From: Aureispira anguillae
Lineage (GTDB): Bacteria; Bacteroidota; Bacteroidia; Chitinophagales; Saprospiraceae
DNA length: 64,000 nucleotides
Direction: 5' to 3'
Assembly (NCBI RefSeq): GCF_026000115.1
Contig: NZ_AP026867.1
Coordinates: 2,713,716 to 2,777,715, forward strand
Shown here: in pieces, positions 20,537 to 30,587 of the stretch
Position numbering within the stretch: position 1 is the stretch's first letter
Layout: every line of letters starts with the position of its first letter
The notes under the pieces: generated by a model
Databases searched by the model: none
The model's input: only the letters and a program-made list of their open reading frames with translations
What the model was told of the DNA's origin: nothing
Position numbers and translations under genes: made by a program

Positions 20537-21712
20537 TTATCCCTTTATTTTTACAATCAAAGCTTGGGTCTCTTCTAAATACTCTCCTGATTTTTGGCTT
20601 AAGATCAATTGTTTTTGGGCAACTTCTAAAGCTGCTTGTTTTTGATCTAGCGCCAATAGAATCATTGCTTTAGTCTCTAAAGTATAAATATTTTCATCCA
20701 ATAAGATAGCACGATCTACCCACTCTAAGGCAGTTTCTAAATGTGTTTTGCTTTTGCCATAAATATCTAGCATGTAACGAGCAATAGCATTTAGGCTTTG
20801 GGAATCCTTGCAATGTTTTTCATACTTTTTAGCTAGGCGATAACTTTGCCGTTCGTTTCCCTTTTTGGCATAAAAATCCATCCTAGTTTTGAAATAATCA
20901 ACACGATTAGGCAAAATTTGCTTTACCTCTTGTAAAAATGCTCGAACAGTTGATTTATCAGATCTATTCTCAATCAACTTATAACATCGAATTTTAAAAG
21001 CTGCATCCAAGTAATTTTCAACTCGTTCGATTCCCAACGAAAGAATAAAATCAGCTTTATTGGCTGCCACATAAAGATAAGCTTCGTGTTTATAATCATT
21101 GACATAGTACTCTAGGAACTCAAAATTAGCCTCTTCGATCAATGCTTCTAAGCTCACTTCACTAATATAGGCGTCAATTACCTTTTGGTAATTTTCTCCA
21201 ACACGCATCAGAGCATGAGCGTATTTTTTTAAGAATTTTGGCTGCTTTTCTCCTGCTTTAAATTTTTTTTGCAAGGTATAAATTTGATGTTCAGGCAATA
21301 GAGCCTCCTTGCTTTTATCAAGCAAATCTTCTGCCTCAAAAGCTCCAATAATTCGATGCACCAGCTCCCCCTCTGTATTAAAATATAATAAAGTGGGATA
21401 GGCTGTCACTTGGTACTTTGCAGCAAAACTAGCGCCTTCTTCTCCTTCTACATCCAATTTGTAACTAATATAGTGTTCGTTAAAAAATGCTCCAACCTCT
21501 TCTTTTGAAAAAACATTATGATTCATCCACTTACAAGGTTCACACCAAGAAGCATAAGTATCAACAAAGATTGGCAAATTAGAACTTTTGGCCTTGGCTT
21601 TTACCGCCGACCAATCTCCTTGTTCAAAATGGATACCTTGTGCATTAGAAAATAGAGGGAATAATAGTATAAGTGGGAGTAACAGTAGGGAAAAAAGATA
21701 GAACTTTATCAT
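20537..21712 (-). CDS. secreted thioredoxin-fold protein (WCEPC active site) with a C-terminal helical/TPR-like domain
   Basis: A signal peptide is present. The CxxC motif ASWCEPCKW lies in a thioredoxin-like context. Confidence 0.6.
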   Translation of the reverse strand: MIKFYLFSLLLLPLILLFPLFSNAQGIHFEQGDWSAVKAKAKSSNLPIFVDTYASWCEPCKWMNHNVFSKEEVGAFFNEHYISYKLDVEGEEGASFAAKYQVTAYPTLLYFNTEGELVHRIIGAFEAEDLLDKSKEALLPEHQIYTLQKKFKAGEKQPKFLKKYAHALMRVGENYQKVIDAYISEVSLEALIEEANFEFLEYYVNDYKHEAYLYVAANKADFILSLGIERVENYLDAAFKIRCYKLIENRSDKSTVRAFLQEVKQILPNRVDYFKTRMDFYAKKGNERQSYRLAKKYEKHCKDSQSLNAIARYMLDIYGKSKTHLETALEWVDRAILLDENIYTLETKAMILLALDQKQAALEVAQKQLILSQKSGEYLEETQALIVKIKG

Positions 21713-22200
21713 TTAACTTACTTTTAATACATGTATAAACATCTAATTAGGAATATAACAGCCTGTTCCCTATTTTGTTTTAAGATTCTCGTTTATTTAA
21801 AAGATAAACTGAAGTAGTTAAGCAGAACGAATGCTTGCCAATCTAAAGCGTCTTTTTGCTCCTAATAGTGATGTAAATCAATTCCTTTAGTCCCTTCTAC
21901 TTATAACCATAAAGTAGTAAAACCGTTAAACAAAATGAGCTAAAAATATTGACTATATTTAATCTGCTTAATAGCTATAAACCTCATAAAGTATTCAATA
22001 AAACAGGGAAAGAAATTATTGATTGTTGAATTATTTATTCTGAAAAGGTTAACCTTCGATAACTTAATTCCACACATTTAATAGGTAAAAAGTATGAATT
22101 GAAAAATTATTTGAATAATTTTAAAATTAGAATGGCAGTACTAGTAATTCTGTAATCTCAATTACTAAAATTACTATTTCAATATAATATAAAACTACGA

Positions 22201-23472
22201 ATGAAAATAGACAAGTTATACCTCAAAAATTTTAGAAATATTGAAGAAACTCATTATGAATTTCCAACTAATTTTACAGGTATTATTGGAATGAATGGTT
22301 CTGGGAAATCTACTATTTTACATGCACTTAGAGTAGCTGCTGGGGCTTATTTTATGGGTATACCTAACTCCCTAGCAAAAAACAGGCACATTTCTAAGGA
22401 TGAGGTTAGAATGACTAATAATAAAATCGAATTATTTCATCACCCTGTTATTGTTGAAGCAGAAGGACAATTTCCTGAGAATAACGCTCCTATTACTTGG
22501 CGTAGAAGAATACTAAAAGAAGGAGGTAGTAATACATCTTCTGTAGAAGATGTTGGTGCGATTAGAAATCTAGGGAGTGTGAAATATAATAAAATGAAAC
22601 GAGAGGGAACAGATGAACTTGATTTACCTGTAATCGCATATTTTGGAACGAATAGGGTATTTGGATCAGCAAGAAAACGGCAAAAAGCGAGAACTGGTCG
22701 TCAAATATTTAAAGAAGGGTACTACGATTGGCTAGATATGCGTTCATCTACCTATCAATATGCCCAGTGGTTGACAAGCTATGATGCCTTAGTAAAAAAT
22801 GGGAAAGAGTATTCTGAATCAAAGGAAACATTCTTTCAAACGATTAAAACAGCTTGCCCCTATGTTACAGACGTTGATTTTATTAGTGATCGTTTGTGGT
22901 TGCGTACTCAAATGAAGAGTCAAATCTCTGATTTACTCCCCTTGGAATTAAAAAGTGATGGGATTATTACTTTTGTTCAAATGATTGCAGAACTAGCCTA
23001 CCGCTGTATTATTTTAAATGGTTACCTAAAAGAAAAAGCCATTCTACAATCTAAAGGGATTGTCTTAATTGATGAAATTGATTTGCATTTGCATCCCAAA
23101 TGGCAAGAACATGTTGTAAAAGATCTAAAAAAGGCTTTTCCTAATATTCAATTTATTGTTACAACTCATTCTCCCATAATTGTACAAAGCTTGAAAGCTA
23201 ATGAATTAATTAATTTGGATTCGATAGCAGATGTCAATCCCAGCGACTTAACTTTAGGGGAAGTTGTTACTCACATCATGGGAAAAGACAGTGAACATAG
23301 TGAATCTAGTAATCAACAAGAACAATTAAGCAAAGAATATCTAACCCTCTTAAAACATCATTCTCTAGATGCTATTTCTGAACATTTAAATCAGATTGAG
23401 TTTAAGATTATAGATCCTTCTGTGAGGGCATTCTTAAAAATGCAGCGATTAGAAAAAAGAAGCAATAAATAA
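22201..23472 (+). CDS. AAA_15/AAA_21 (ABC-type) ATPase without a TOPRIM domain. It is PtuA-like (Septu defence system ATPase).
   Basis: Walker A is GMNGSGKST (aa 30-38). Walker B/D-loop is VLIDEIDLHLHP. The H-loop is TTHSP. Only about 100 aa follow the H-loop, so there is no nuclease domain. The gene is immediately followed by an HNH gene. Confidence 0.7.
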   Translation: MKIDKLYLKNFRNIEETHYEFPTNFTGIIGMNGSGKSTILHALRVAAGAYFMGIPNSLAKNRHISKDEVRMTNNKIELFHHPVIVEAEGQFPENNAPITWRRRILKEGGSNTSSVEDVGAIRNLGSVKYNKMKREGTDELDLPVIAYFGTNRVFGSARKRQKARTGRQIFKEGYYDWLDMRSSTYQYAQWLTSYDALVKNGKEYSESKETFFQTIKTACPYVTDVDFISDRLWLRTQMKSQISDLLPLELKSDGIITFVQMIAELAYRCIILNGYLKEKAILQSKGIVLIDEIDLHLHPKWQEHVVKDLKKAFPNIQFIVTTHSPIIVQSLKANELINLDSIADVNPSDLTLGEVVTHIMGKDSEHSESSNQQEQLSKEYLTLLKHHSLDAISEHLNQIEFKIIDPSVRAFLKMQRLEKRSNK

Positions 23473-23499
23473 CCCTATAAAACTCATAAATATTATTTT

Positions 23500-24249
23500 A
23501 TGCGACCTATAGAAAGAGGAAACATCCCCAGAGATGATAATGATCAAATTATTACTGTTAGCAACCATCGTCAATGGAGAAAACATCTTATTGATAGAAT
23601 TGGAAAGTATTGTTCTTACTGCGAAATGGCTCTCTATGACAGCCCCCAAGTAGAGCATGTTATAGCACAAAACATAGATTCCTCTCGCAATCTTGATTGG
23701 GACAATTTGGTTCTAGCTTGTGGTCCTTGTAACAGAACAAAAAGTAATACTCCTTGTCCTCCTGAAACGCATTATTTACCTGATATTCACAATACATATC
23801 TAGCTTTTGGGCATTATCTAGGCAACAATACAAAAACTGGTGAGCCTGCTGCTTATATAACTACAAAATCATCATCCCATTCCCTAATGCAAATCGATAA
23901 GGCTATTAATACTATTAATTTATGTGGTCTTAACAAAGATACTAGTTCAGATGTGAGAACAGCATGTGACTTTAGGTGGAAATATCGCCTTGAAGCGATT
24001 ACTTCTGCCCTATTATGGAAACAAAAATGGGATGACTGGGGATCTCACAGTCATAGTCAAGATTTTATAAATCTATTATGTGATGCTGCTTTAGGAAAAG
24101 GCTTCTTTTCTATTTGGTTTTATATTTTTGAAGCAGAACCTAGTATTAAAAAATCTTTAATTGAAGCTTTCCCTAATACAGCATTAGATTGTTTTGATTC
24201 TAGTAATGACTACAACCCAGTGGCAAGAAATGCACCTGATGATATCTAA
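23500..24249 (+). CDS. HNH endonuclease. It is PtuB-like (Septu defence nuclease) with a ~170 aa C-terminal extension.
   Basis: The HNH motif is CSYCEMAL...VEHVIAQ...NLVLACGPCNRTKSN: a paired C-x2-C zinc knuckle, with His/Asn spaced as in HNH. The gene starts 27 bp after the ATPase stop on the same strand. Confidence 0.7.
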   Translation: MRPIERGNIPRDDNDQIITVSNHRQWRKHLIDRIGKYCSYCEMALYDSPQVEHVIAQNIDSSRNLDWDNLVLACGPCNRTKSNTPCPPETHYLPDIHNTYLAFGHYLGNNTKTGEPAAYITTKSSSHSLMQIDKAINTINLCGLNKDTSSDVRTACDFRWKYRLEAITSALLWKQKWDDWGSHSHSQDFINLLCDAALGKGFFSIWFYIFEAEPSIKKSLIEAFPNTALDCFDSSNDYNPVARNAPDDI

Positions 24250-24411
24250 AACTACAATTTATATCCTAAAATTGTTTAAAACTATACCTATCCGTCATTC
24301 CTCCATCAATCATCATTTCACATACTTGACAAACTAATAGCTTTCTTAAAAGCCCTCTCATATAACTATACTATATTTTCTTTCACTTTAAAACGTTAAC
24401 AAAAAGTTAAA

Positions 24412-24427
24412 AACAGACAAGTCTGTT
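24412..24427. promoter_or_regulatory. palindromic TetR-type operator AACAGAC-AA-GTCTGTT, 33 bp upstream of the tetR start (copy 1 of 3)
   Basis: 7-bp inverted arms with a 2-bp spacer. Near-identical copies lie at 25048-25065 and 25107-25124. Confidence 0.45.
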
Positions 24428-24459
24428 CTAATTGCAATCAAATTATATACATTTACAAT

Positions 24460-25020
24460 ATGAAAAAAACAAGTGTAAAAAATAGAATTATAGAAACAGC
24501 CTCCACACTGTTCTATCACAATGGATACAATCAAACAGGAATCAACCAAATCATTGCAGAAGCTGGCGTTTCCAAGTCTGGTATGTACCAACACTTCCGA
24601 TCAAAAGAAGATATTGCGGTTGCCTATTTGATTCGAAGACATAGCCTGTGGTTTGGCGACTTGTTTGATTTTATTGCTGACCAAAAATCCATAAAAGCCA
24701 AAATCCTAGCCGCTTTTGACTATTTAGATAGCTGGCTCAGTCAGGTTAGTTTTAGAGGCTGTGGCTTTCAAAATATTTTTATTGATTTGCCCAAAGACCA
24801 ACAAAAAATCAAAGATCAAGTTTTATTACACAAAAACGAATTGCGTGCTTGGCTCCATGGTTTATTAAATACAGAAGCACTGTATACCACAGAGGAAGCT
24901 ATTAAATTGGGTGATGAAATCTTAGTATTAATAGAGGGCGCCATCATCCTTTCTCAAATACAACATAATAATTGGCCCATTATTACAGCCAAAAATACGT
25001 GTAAAAAATTACTACTCTAA
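24460..25020 (+). CDS. TetR/AcrR family transcriptional regulator
   Basis: The N-terminal HTH signature is IIETASTLFYHNGYNQTGINQIIAEAGVSKSGMYQHFRSKEDI. Confidence 0.8.
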   Translation: MKKTSVKNRIIETASTLFYHNGYNQTGINQIIAEAGVSKSGMYQHFRSKEDIAVAYLIRRHSLWFGDLFDFIADQKSIKAKILAAFDYLDSWLSQVSFRGCGFQNIFIDLPKDQQKIKDQVLLHKNELRAWLHGLLNTEALYTTEEAIKLGDEILVLIEGAIILSQIQHNNWPIITAKNTCKKLLL

Positions 25021-25047
25021 TTGTGTAATTTTTTTTCGTCAAAAAAA

Positions 25048-25065
25048 GAACAGACTTGTCTGTAC
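25048..25065. promoter_or_regulatory. operator copy 2 (GAACAGACTTGTCTGTAC) between tetR and the downstream gene
   Basis: It has the same 15-bp core as copy 1, in inverted orientation. Confidence 0.45.
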
Positions 25066-25106
25066 TATTTTTTTTTAATGTCACAATATATTTTTCACTC
25101 AAAACA

Positions 25107-25124
25107 AACAGACTTCTCTGTACA
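25107..25124. promoter_or_regulatory. operator copy 3 (AAACAGACTTCTCTGTAC), one mismatch from copy 2. It ends 10 bp upstream of the ATG at 25135.
   Basis: It is a one-substitution variant of copy 2. Confidence 0.4.
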
Positions 25125-25134
25125 ATATTTAATT

Positions 25135-25557
25135 ATGAAAAATCTAATACCACCTTTTACCAAAGAAACAGCAACAGCAAAAGTTCAAGCAGCAGAAGAT
25201 GCTTGGAACAGTAAAGACCCTCATAAGGTTTCTTTGGCTTACACCGTTGACTCTCAATGGAGAAATAGAGGGCAGTTTTTTACAGGTAGAACGGCCATTG
25301 TAGAATTTCTAACAGACAAATGGAAAAAAGAACAACATTACAAATTAAAAAAGCACCTATGGTCCTATACCGACAATAGAATTTCGGTTCGCTTTGAATA
25401 TGAATGGCAAAACCCAGAAACAGGACAATGGATGCGTACCCATGGAAATGAACACTGGGAATTTGATAAGGCAGGGAAAATGCAGGTCAGAGACATGAGT
25501 GCCAATGACATTAGAATAAAGGAATCTGACAGAAAATTTAAATCATCATCTTTTTAA
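25135..25557 (+). CDS. DUF1348 / SnoaL-like (NTF2 fold) protein. The track ORF is trimmed to the Met at 25135, because the upstream part translates the operator region.
   Basis: The sequence [29 protein letters not shown]...[11 protein letters not shown] follows the DUF1348 pattern. Confidence 0.6.
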   Translation: MKNLIPPFTKETATAKVQAAEDAWNSKDPHKVSLAYTVDSQWRNRGQFFTGRTAIVEFLTDKWKKEQHYKLKKHLWSYTDNRISVRFEYEWQNPETGQWMRTHGNEHWEFDKAGKMQVRDMSANDIRIKESDRKFKSSSF

Positions 25558-25566
25558 TAAAACAAA

Positions 25567-26451
25567 ATGACAACATCTATCCAAACTCAAGCCACACTCC
25601 ACCAAACAATTGAGGTAAGTGGCATCAATTTATTTTATAGAGAAGCAGGAAATCCCGATAAGCCAACTCTTGTATTGTTACACGGTTATCCTACCTCCTC
25701 CCATATGTTTCGCAATTTAATTGATCGGTTGGCCAACCAATATCATATCCTCGCTCCCGATTATCCTGGTTTTGGGAGAAGTGAACAACCTCCAATCAAA
25801 GATTTTGACTATAGCTTTGAGCATATGGCAATTATAATTGAAGATTTTTTAGCAAAAAAAGCGATAAACCAATACAGTTTATACCTAATGGATTATGGTG
25901 CTCCAATCGGGTTTAGAATTGCCTCAAAATATCCAGATCGAATTGAGTCTTTGATTATTCAAAATGGAAATGCCTATGAAGAAGGTTTAGCTGACTTTTG
26001 GGTTCCCATCAAAAAATATTGGGCTGATTATACCTTAGCCAATGGAAAACCCTTAGAAGCCTTCCATGCTCTAGACGGCTTAATATGGCAATACACACAT
26101 GGCGTACAAGATGTTTCTAAAATTAGCCCAGACAACTGGCACCTAGATTTACAACACTTGAGCAGACCAGAGAATAATGAAATTCAGCTCGCCATGTTTT
26201 ATGATTATAGAACCAATGTTCCATTATACCCCAAATGGCAGCAATATTTTAGAGAGCATCAACCCCCAACCTTGATTGTCTGGGGAAAAAATGATTATAT
26301 ATTTCCGCCTGAAGGAGCACATCCCTATAAAAGAGACTTAGAAAAGGCTGAAATTCACCTATTAGACACAGGGCATTTCGCTCTAGAAGAAAAAGGCCAT
26401 GAAATAGCAAACTACATTTTGACGTTTTTAAAAAAGCATAAAATTAGCTAA
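25567..26451 (+). CDS. alpha/beta-hydrolase, epoxide hydrolase/haloalkane dehalogenase-like
   Basis: HGYPTSSHMFRNLI (HGxP oxyanion motif), a nucleophile elbow region, and a C-terminal His are present. Confidence 0.7.
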   Translation: MTTSIQTQATLHQTIEVSGINLFYREAGNPDKPTLVLLHGYPTSSHMFRNLIDRLANQYHILAPDYPGFGRSEQPPIKDFDYSFEHMAIIIEDFLAKKAINQYSLYLMDYGAPIGFRIASKYPDRIESLIIQNGNAYEEGLADFWVPIKKYWADYTLANGKPLEAFHALDGLIWQYTHGVQDVSKISPDNWHLDLQHLSRPENNEIQLAMFYDYRTNVPLYPKWQQYFREHQPPTLIVWGKNDYIFPPEGAHPYKRDLEKAEIHLLDTGHFALEEKGHEIANYILTFLKKHKIS

Positions 26452-26637
26452 ACTAAGCATAAAAATAGCATCGTTTAAACAATCAAAGAGAGGCATCGGA
26501 TTATTCCGCTTGTCTCTTTCTGTTAATTAGAAACTTACTAAGCCATTTAGAATGAACATTTAAAGCGAGTCTCTGTTGAAGAAGTGAAATAATTTTATAG
26601 TTTTACCATCCACAATAACCAACATCACTATATATTT

Positions 26638-27978
26638 ATGCATTCCAATGAGTTAGGTACCGAAAAAATCGACAAACTTATTGCTCAACAAGGCATTCCT
26701 GCTGCAATTGGCTTTTTAGTTATGTCTATTTATATGATTGTAGATACTATATTTATAGGACATTGGGTAGGCTCTTTGGGCATTGCAGCCATCACTGTTG
26801 TTCTACCAATTACATTTTTAATTGCCTCTTTTGGAATGTCAATTGGAATTGGGGGAGCATCTGTGATTTCAAGAGCATTGGGTGCAAATGACGAGCCGCA
26901 TGCTCAAAAAGTTTTTGGCAATCAGATTACGCTAACGATGGCGATTGCCTTGTTTTTTGTTTTGGTAGGGCTGTTTTTTGAGGAAGAATTATTGCTCCTA
27001 TTTGGTGCCCAAGGAGCAATTATGCCCCACGCCAAAGCCTATTTTAAGATCATTTTACTAGGAGTTCCCTTTTTGTCTTGGGCAATGATGAGCAACCATG
27101 TAATCCGAGCACAAGGTTTTCCCAAAATAGCAATGAATGTAATGTTACTTCCTGCTATTCTAAATCTAATCTTGGACCCTATTTTTATTTATATACTAGA
27201 CTGGGGTTTGGAGGGGGCAGCCTTAGCAACAATTATTTCCTATTTTGCTAGTGCCCTTTATACCTTGTGGTTCTTTATCAAAGGCGAAAGTGATTTAAAA
27301 ATCAGACGCCAAATCCTGCATTTAGAGTTTTCTACCGTCAAAGAAATTGCAGCATTAGGTTTTGTTTCCTTGGCACGCCAAGGAGTTATTAGCCTTCTAT
27401 CAATTATTCTAAATCATTCGCTTTATACCTACGGCAGTGAGGTTTATATTTCTGTTTATGGAATCATCAATCGAGTAATGATGTTTAGTATGTTTCCAAT
27501 TACAGGCATTACACAAGGTTTTTTGCCAATCACTAGTTATAATTTTGGAGCCAACCAATACGATCGAGTCAAAGAAACCATCCGAAAATCCATTGGTTAT
27601 GGAAGTGTAATTGCCATTTCTATTTATGCCATAATTCTATTTTTCCGAACACCAATTGTTCAAATTTTTTCTTCAGAAGAACAAATTTTAGCCGTTACAC
27701 CAGAAGCCATGACAATTGTTTTTATGGCAACTCCCTTCATCTTAATTCAATTGATTGGTTCCTCTTATTATCAAGCCATTGGCAAAGCCATGCCAGCTTT
27801 GCTATTAACGCTAACCAAACAAGGTTTTTTCTTGATTCCATTGGTGTATATTCTGCCCAAATTTTGGGGCATCTATGGCATTTGGTATGCGTTTCCGATT
27901 GCTGATATATTGTCTACAATTGTGACCTTTGTATTTCTTCGACGGGCCTATCGCTCACTAGGCAAAAGCCCTCAATAA
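26638..27978 (+). CDS. MATE family efflux transporter
   Basis: 12 TM helices, 446 aa. The N-terminal region reads GIPAAIGFLVMSIYMIVDTIFIGHWVGSLGIAAI, which is MATE-like. Confidence 0.8.
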   Translation: MHSNELGTEKIDKLIAQQGIPAAIGFLVMSIYMIVDTIFIGHWVGSLGIAAITVVLPITFLIASFGMSIGIGGASVISRALGANDEPHAQKVFGNQITLTMAIALFFVLVGLFFEEELLLLFGAQGAIMPHAKAYFKIILLGVPFLSWAMMSNHVIRAQGFPKIAMNVMLLPAILNLILDPIFIYILDWGLEGAALATIISYFASALYTLWFFIKGESDLKIRRQILHLEFSTVKEIAALGFVSLARQGVISLLSIILNHSLYTYGSEVYISVYGIINRVMMFSMFPITGITQGFLPITSYNFGANQYDRVKETIRKSIGYGSVIAISIYAIILFFRTPIVQIFSSEEQILAVTPEAMTIVFMATPFILIQLIGSSYYQAIGKAMPALLLTLTKQGFFLIPLVYILPKFWGIYGIWYAFPIADILSTIVTFVFLRRAYRSLGKSPQ

Positions 27979-27986
27979 TGCATCAA

Positions 27987-28832
27987 TCAAATTTGTTGAA
28001 AATCCATGCTATAGTGCGTTCCTTTTTTAGAGTTGTCTCGTTTAATTTCTCCCAATAACTGGATCGATAAATTTTTAATAATTTTTAACCCAAGGGAATT
28101 GCTAGTTCTAAAATTTATAGTTGGAGAATAACCAGTACCATAGTCGCCAATTTCTAAGCTTAAGTTAGGGGGCGTCAACTTCTTGATTTTTACATATAAG
28201 ATCCCTTTGTTTTTATCTTTGTAGCCATATTTTAATGAATTGGTAAAACATTCATTAATCAGTAAGCCCAAAGGGATAATAGTATCAATATTTAGCTCGA
28301 TATTTTGGGTCTCTATTCTCAATTCAAAATCACAATCTTTTCCTTTCATAGAATCCAGCAATAACCCTAAAAGCTTTTCGAGGTAATTTTGTAGATTAAT
28401 CGTTGCCAAATTATCATCCTGATATAAAATTTCATGAACAATGGCCATTGAATTAATCCTATATTGGCAATGCTGAAATAACTCTTTGATATGCTCATCA
28501 GGAATAAAACTAGACTGCAACCCCAATAAACTTGTTATAATTTGAAGGTTATTTTTAACTCTATGATGGACTTCTTTCAGCAAGATTTCTTTTTCTCTTA
28601 GTGAAAGACTAACTCGTTCCTTTTCTTTTAAATATTCTTGATTTAGAATGGTATTTTTGGTGATTAAAAAGGCAATTAAAATACCTAAAAAAGTTGGTAA
28701 GATAAAAAAGCTAAAACTGATACTTTGCTTGATAAAAAAAAGTACATTTATTGCCCCAATGACATAAAAGGTCCCCAATACAATAAGGACATTCCTTAAG
28801 AAAAGATTATTGTAGTTTTTCAAGAATTTCAT
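27987..28832 (-). CDS. membrane sensor histidine kinase (HisKA_2/HWE-like) with no adjacent response regulator
   Basis: Two N-terminal TM helices are followed by the H-box [20 protein letters not shown] and a C-terminal HATPase_c-like region. Confidence 0.7.
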   Translation of the reverse strand: MKFLKNYNNLFLRNVLIVLGTFYVIGAINVLFFIKQSISFSFFILPTFLGILIAFLITKNTILNQEYLKEKERVSLSLREKEILLKEVHHRVKNNLQIITSLLGLQSSFIPDEHIKELFQHCQYRINSMAIVHEILYQDDNLATINLQNYLEKLLGLLLDSMKGKDCDFELRIETQNIELNIDTIIPLGLLINECFTNSLKYGYKDKNKGILYVKIKKLTPPNLSLEIGDYGTGYSPTINFRTSNSLGLKIIKNLSIQLLGEIKRDNSKKGTHYSMDFQQI

Positions 28833-28885
28833 CAGGTTCAGTACATACGTTTTCCAAATAATATAATCTTTTTATCAAAAAAAAG

Positions 28886-29794
28886 CTAATATAATGCTGT
28901 ATTATTTCCTATAATTTGAAAAAAGAACCGAGCAGGACGTATTTCTTGCCCTTCTTGATATAAGTATTGTTCACCATTTAAATCAATCATAGGAATATGA
29001 GGATCTGTCAATAAAAACGAATCGTGAATCAGTTTGTTTTGAAATGTGTTTCTAATTTGATCGGCATCAATACCTATAGAAGCTCCTAAGTATTGCCCGT
29101 ATCCTAATGATTGTTCTACTTGAACGGCTAAAACGCCTGCACTATTGGCTTGATATAATACTCCATCCATCAAACGATAGCCATATTTTGCGGGAAATTG
29201 CTTTGACTTCATGGTTTTACTTTTTGGTCCATAGGGATCTGCTGTCCAAGCAATATTAACTAGTCCTATCTGTGTATTTTTTATTCTATAATAAAGCCCC
29301 ATTGCACCTGTTCGGTGTTTGTCCTCTTGCAAAAATGCCAGAAAGTCATTTTCCATCAATAAGCTAAATCCATAAATTCCAAACCCAAAGGTTCCTGTCA
29401 ATTGAGAAGTTTTGACGTTATCCAAATAAAAATTGTAACTATATCCTATTGAATAAGGGCGACTAGTTTGGTTACTCACTTCATTGATAAATGGACTATA
29501 ATAGCTGGAATCCTTTATGCCAAAAGTAGCAACAAGCCCCAAACGTAGTTGTCCCTCCCAAGAAGGGATTCCCATAGGAAAGGTGCGAGCATTGTAATAG
29601 GCACTAAACTGAACATTCGTTTGAATATGTTCATAATGATAAAACAACTTGGCAATAAGCCCAATTCGATTAAAATGACTCCCTAAGTTAAACGATAAAC
29701 CAATCTGCCCCCCAAAGCCCTCCGCAAAATTTAATTGAGCGGTTGTTATAGTACTCGTAAAGCAAATTGTAAGCAATAAAAAAAACTGTTTCAT
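28886..29794 (-). CDS. hypothetical secreted/outer-membrane protein
   Basis: A signal peptide is present. The protein is Gly/Tyr-rich with a beta-strand pattern. Confidence 0.45.
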   Translation of the reverse strand: MKQFFLLLTICFTSTITTAQLNFAEGFGGQIGLSFNLGSHFNRIGLIAKLFYHYEHIQTNVQFSAYYNARTFPMGIPSWEGQLRLGLVATFGIKDSSYYSPFINEVSNQTSRPYSIGYSYNFYLDNVKTSQLTGTFGFGIYGFSLLMENDFLAFLQEDKHRTGAMGLYYRIKNTQIGLVNIAWTADPYGPKSKTMKSKQFPAKYGYRLMDGVLYQANSAGVLAVQVEQSLGYGQYLGASIGIDADQIRNTFQNKLIHDSFLLTDPHIPMIDLNGEQYLYQEGQEIRPARFFFQIIGNNTALY

Positions 29795-29800
29795 GGGGCA

Positions 29801-30466
29801 TTAATCGATAATAGTCGTTTGAAAGTTCGTAGCGGTTGTAAATTGCTGGTAGTAATCAACTGTACGTTCTAACACTTCTTGCAAATTATCGTGCTTGCCA
29901 AAATTAAGAAAGATCATCAAAAAATGTGTTGTTTCAGCAGTTACCATCGTTCGAGTAGAATCACTAGTGGGGGAACCAAATGCGCCCTGAGCATCTCTAA
30001 AAATAGGAAGATTGCTTATATTTAAATCTCCTCTCCCAATTGCCTGATAGGGTTCTCCTTCCTCTCCTATTCCCAATACAATATCTCCATCAATTTTATC
30101 TAAATCATATCCGCCTATAGAGTATCCCGTTTGAATCGAAATAAGGTTGAGCGTATCGACAATGGTATTAATTTCATACAGCCCTTTGCCCTTTACAACT
30201 CTCCTTAACAAGGCCTCTGCTGATAAGCGATAACGACTGGGGTCTTTGCCCAGTGCTTTGTAAGCTGTTCTAGAAGATGCTATGGTAGCGATCTTGCTGA
30301 TAGCAGGAGTTTCAAGCTTTTTTGAGAAATCAGTACAGGTTTGTTGAATAGCAGCAGCAAGTGCTGTTGATTTTTCTTCCCAAACCACTGTACAAGAAAG
30401 ACAACCCAACGTCAATTGGGGGCATTTTTCTTTAAGAAGGGGATCTATAACAATCTTTTTTTGCAT
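29801..30466 (-). CDS. B3/4 domain-containing protein (PheT B3/B4-like tRNA-binding fold)
   Basis: It is about 220 aa. The conserved pattern ...SRYRLSAEALLRRV...GIGEEGEPY...G..T.D. is typical of standalone B3/4 proteins. Confidence 0.5.
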   Translation of the reverse strand: MQKKIVIDPLLKEKCPQLTLGCLSCTVVWEEKSTALAAAIQQTCTDFSKKLETPAISKIATIASSRTAYKALGKDPSRYRLSAEALLRRVVKGKGLYEINTIVDTLNLISIQTGYSIGGYDLDKIDGDIVLGIGEEGEPYQAIGRGDLNISNLPIFRDAQGAFGSPTSDSTRTMVTAETTHFLMIFLNFGKHDNLQEVLERTVDYYQQFTTATNFQTTIID

Positions 30467-30587
30467 TTAATAGAATATAAATTTGAGTTATAACAAGTTT
30501 GCAATTTAAGGATAAAAAAACGAAGTCAAAACAAAATTTAGAAAATACCACTATTGGAGCGTTAAAAAGCTAGGTGACTGTAGTAAT

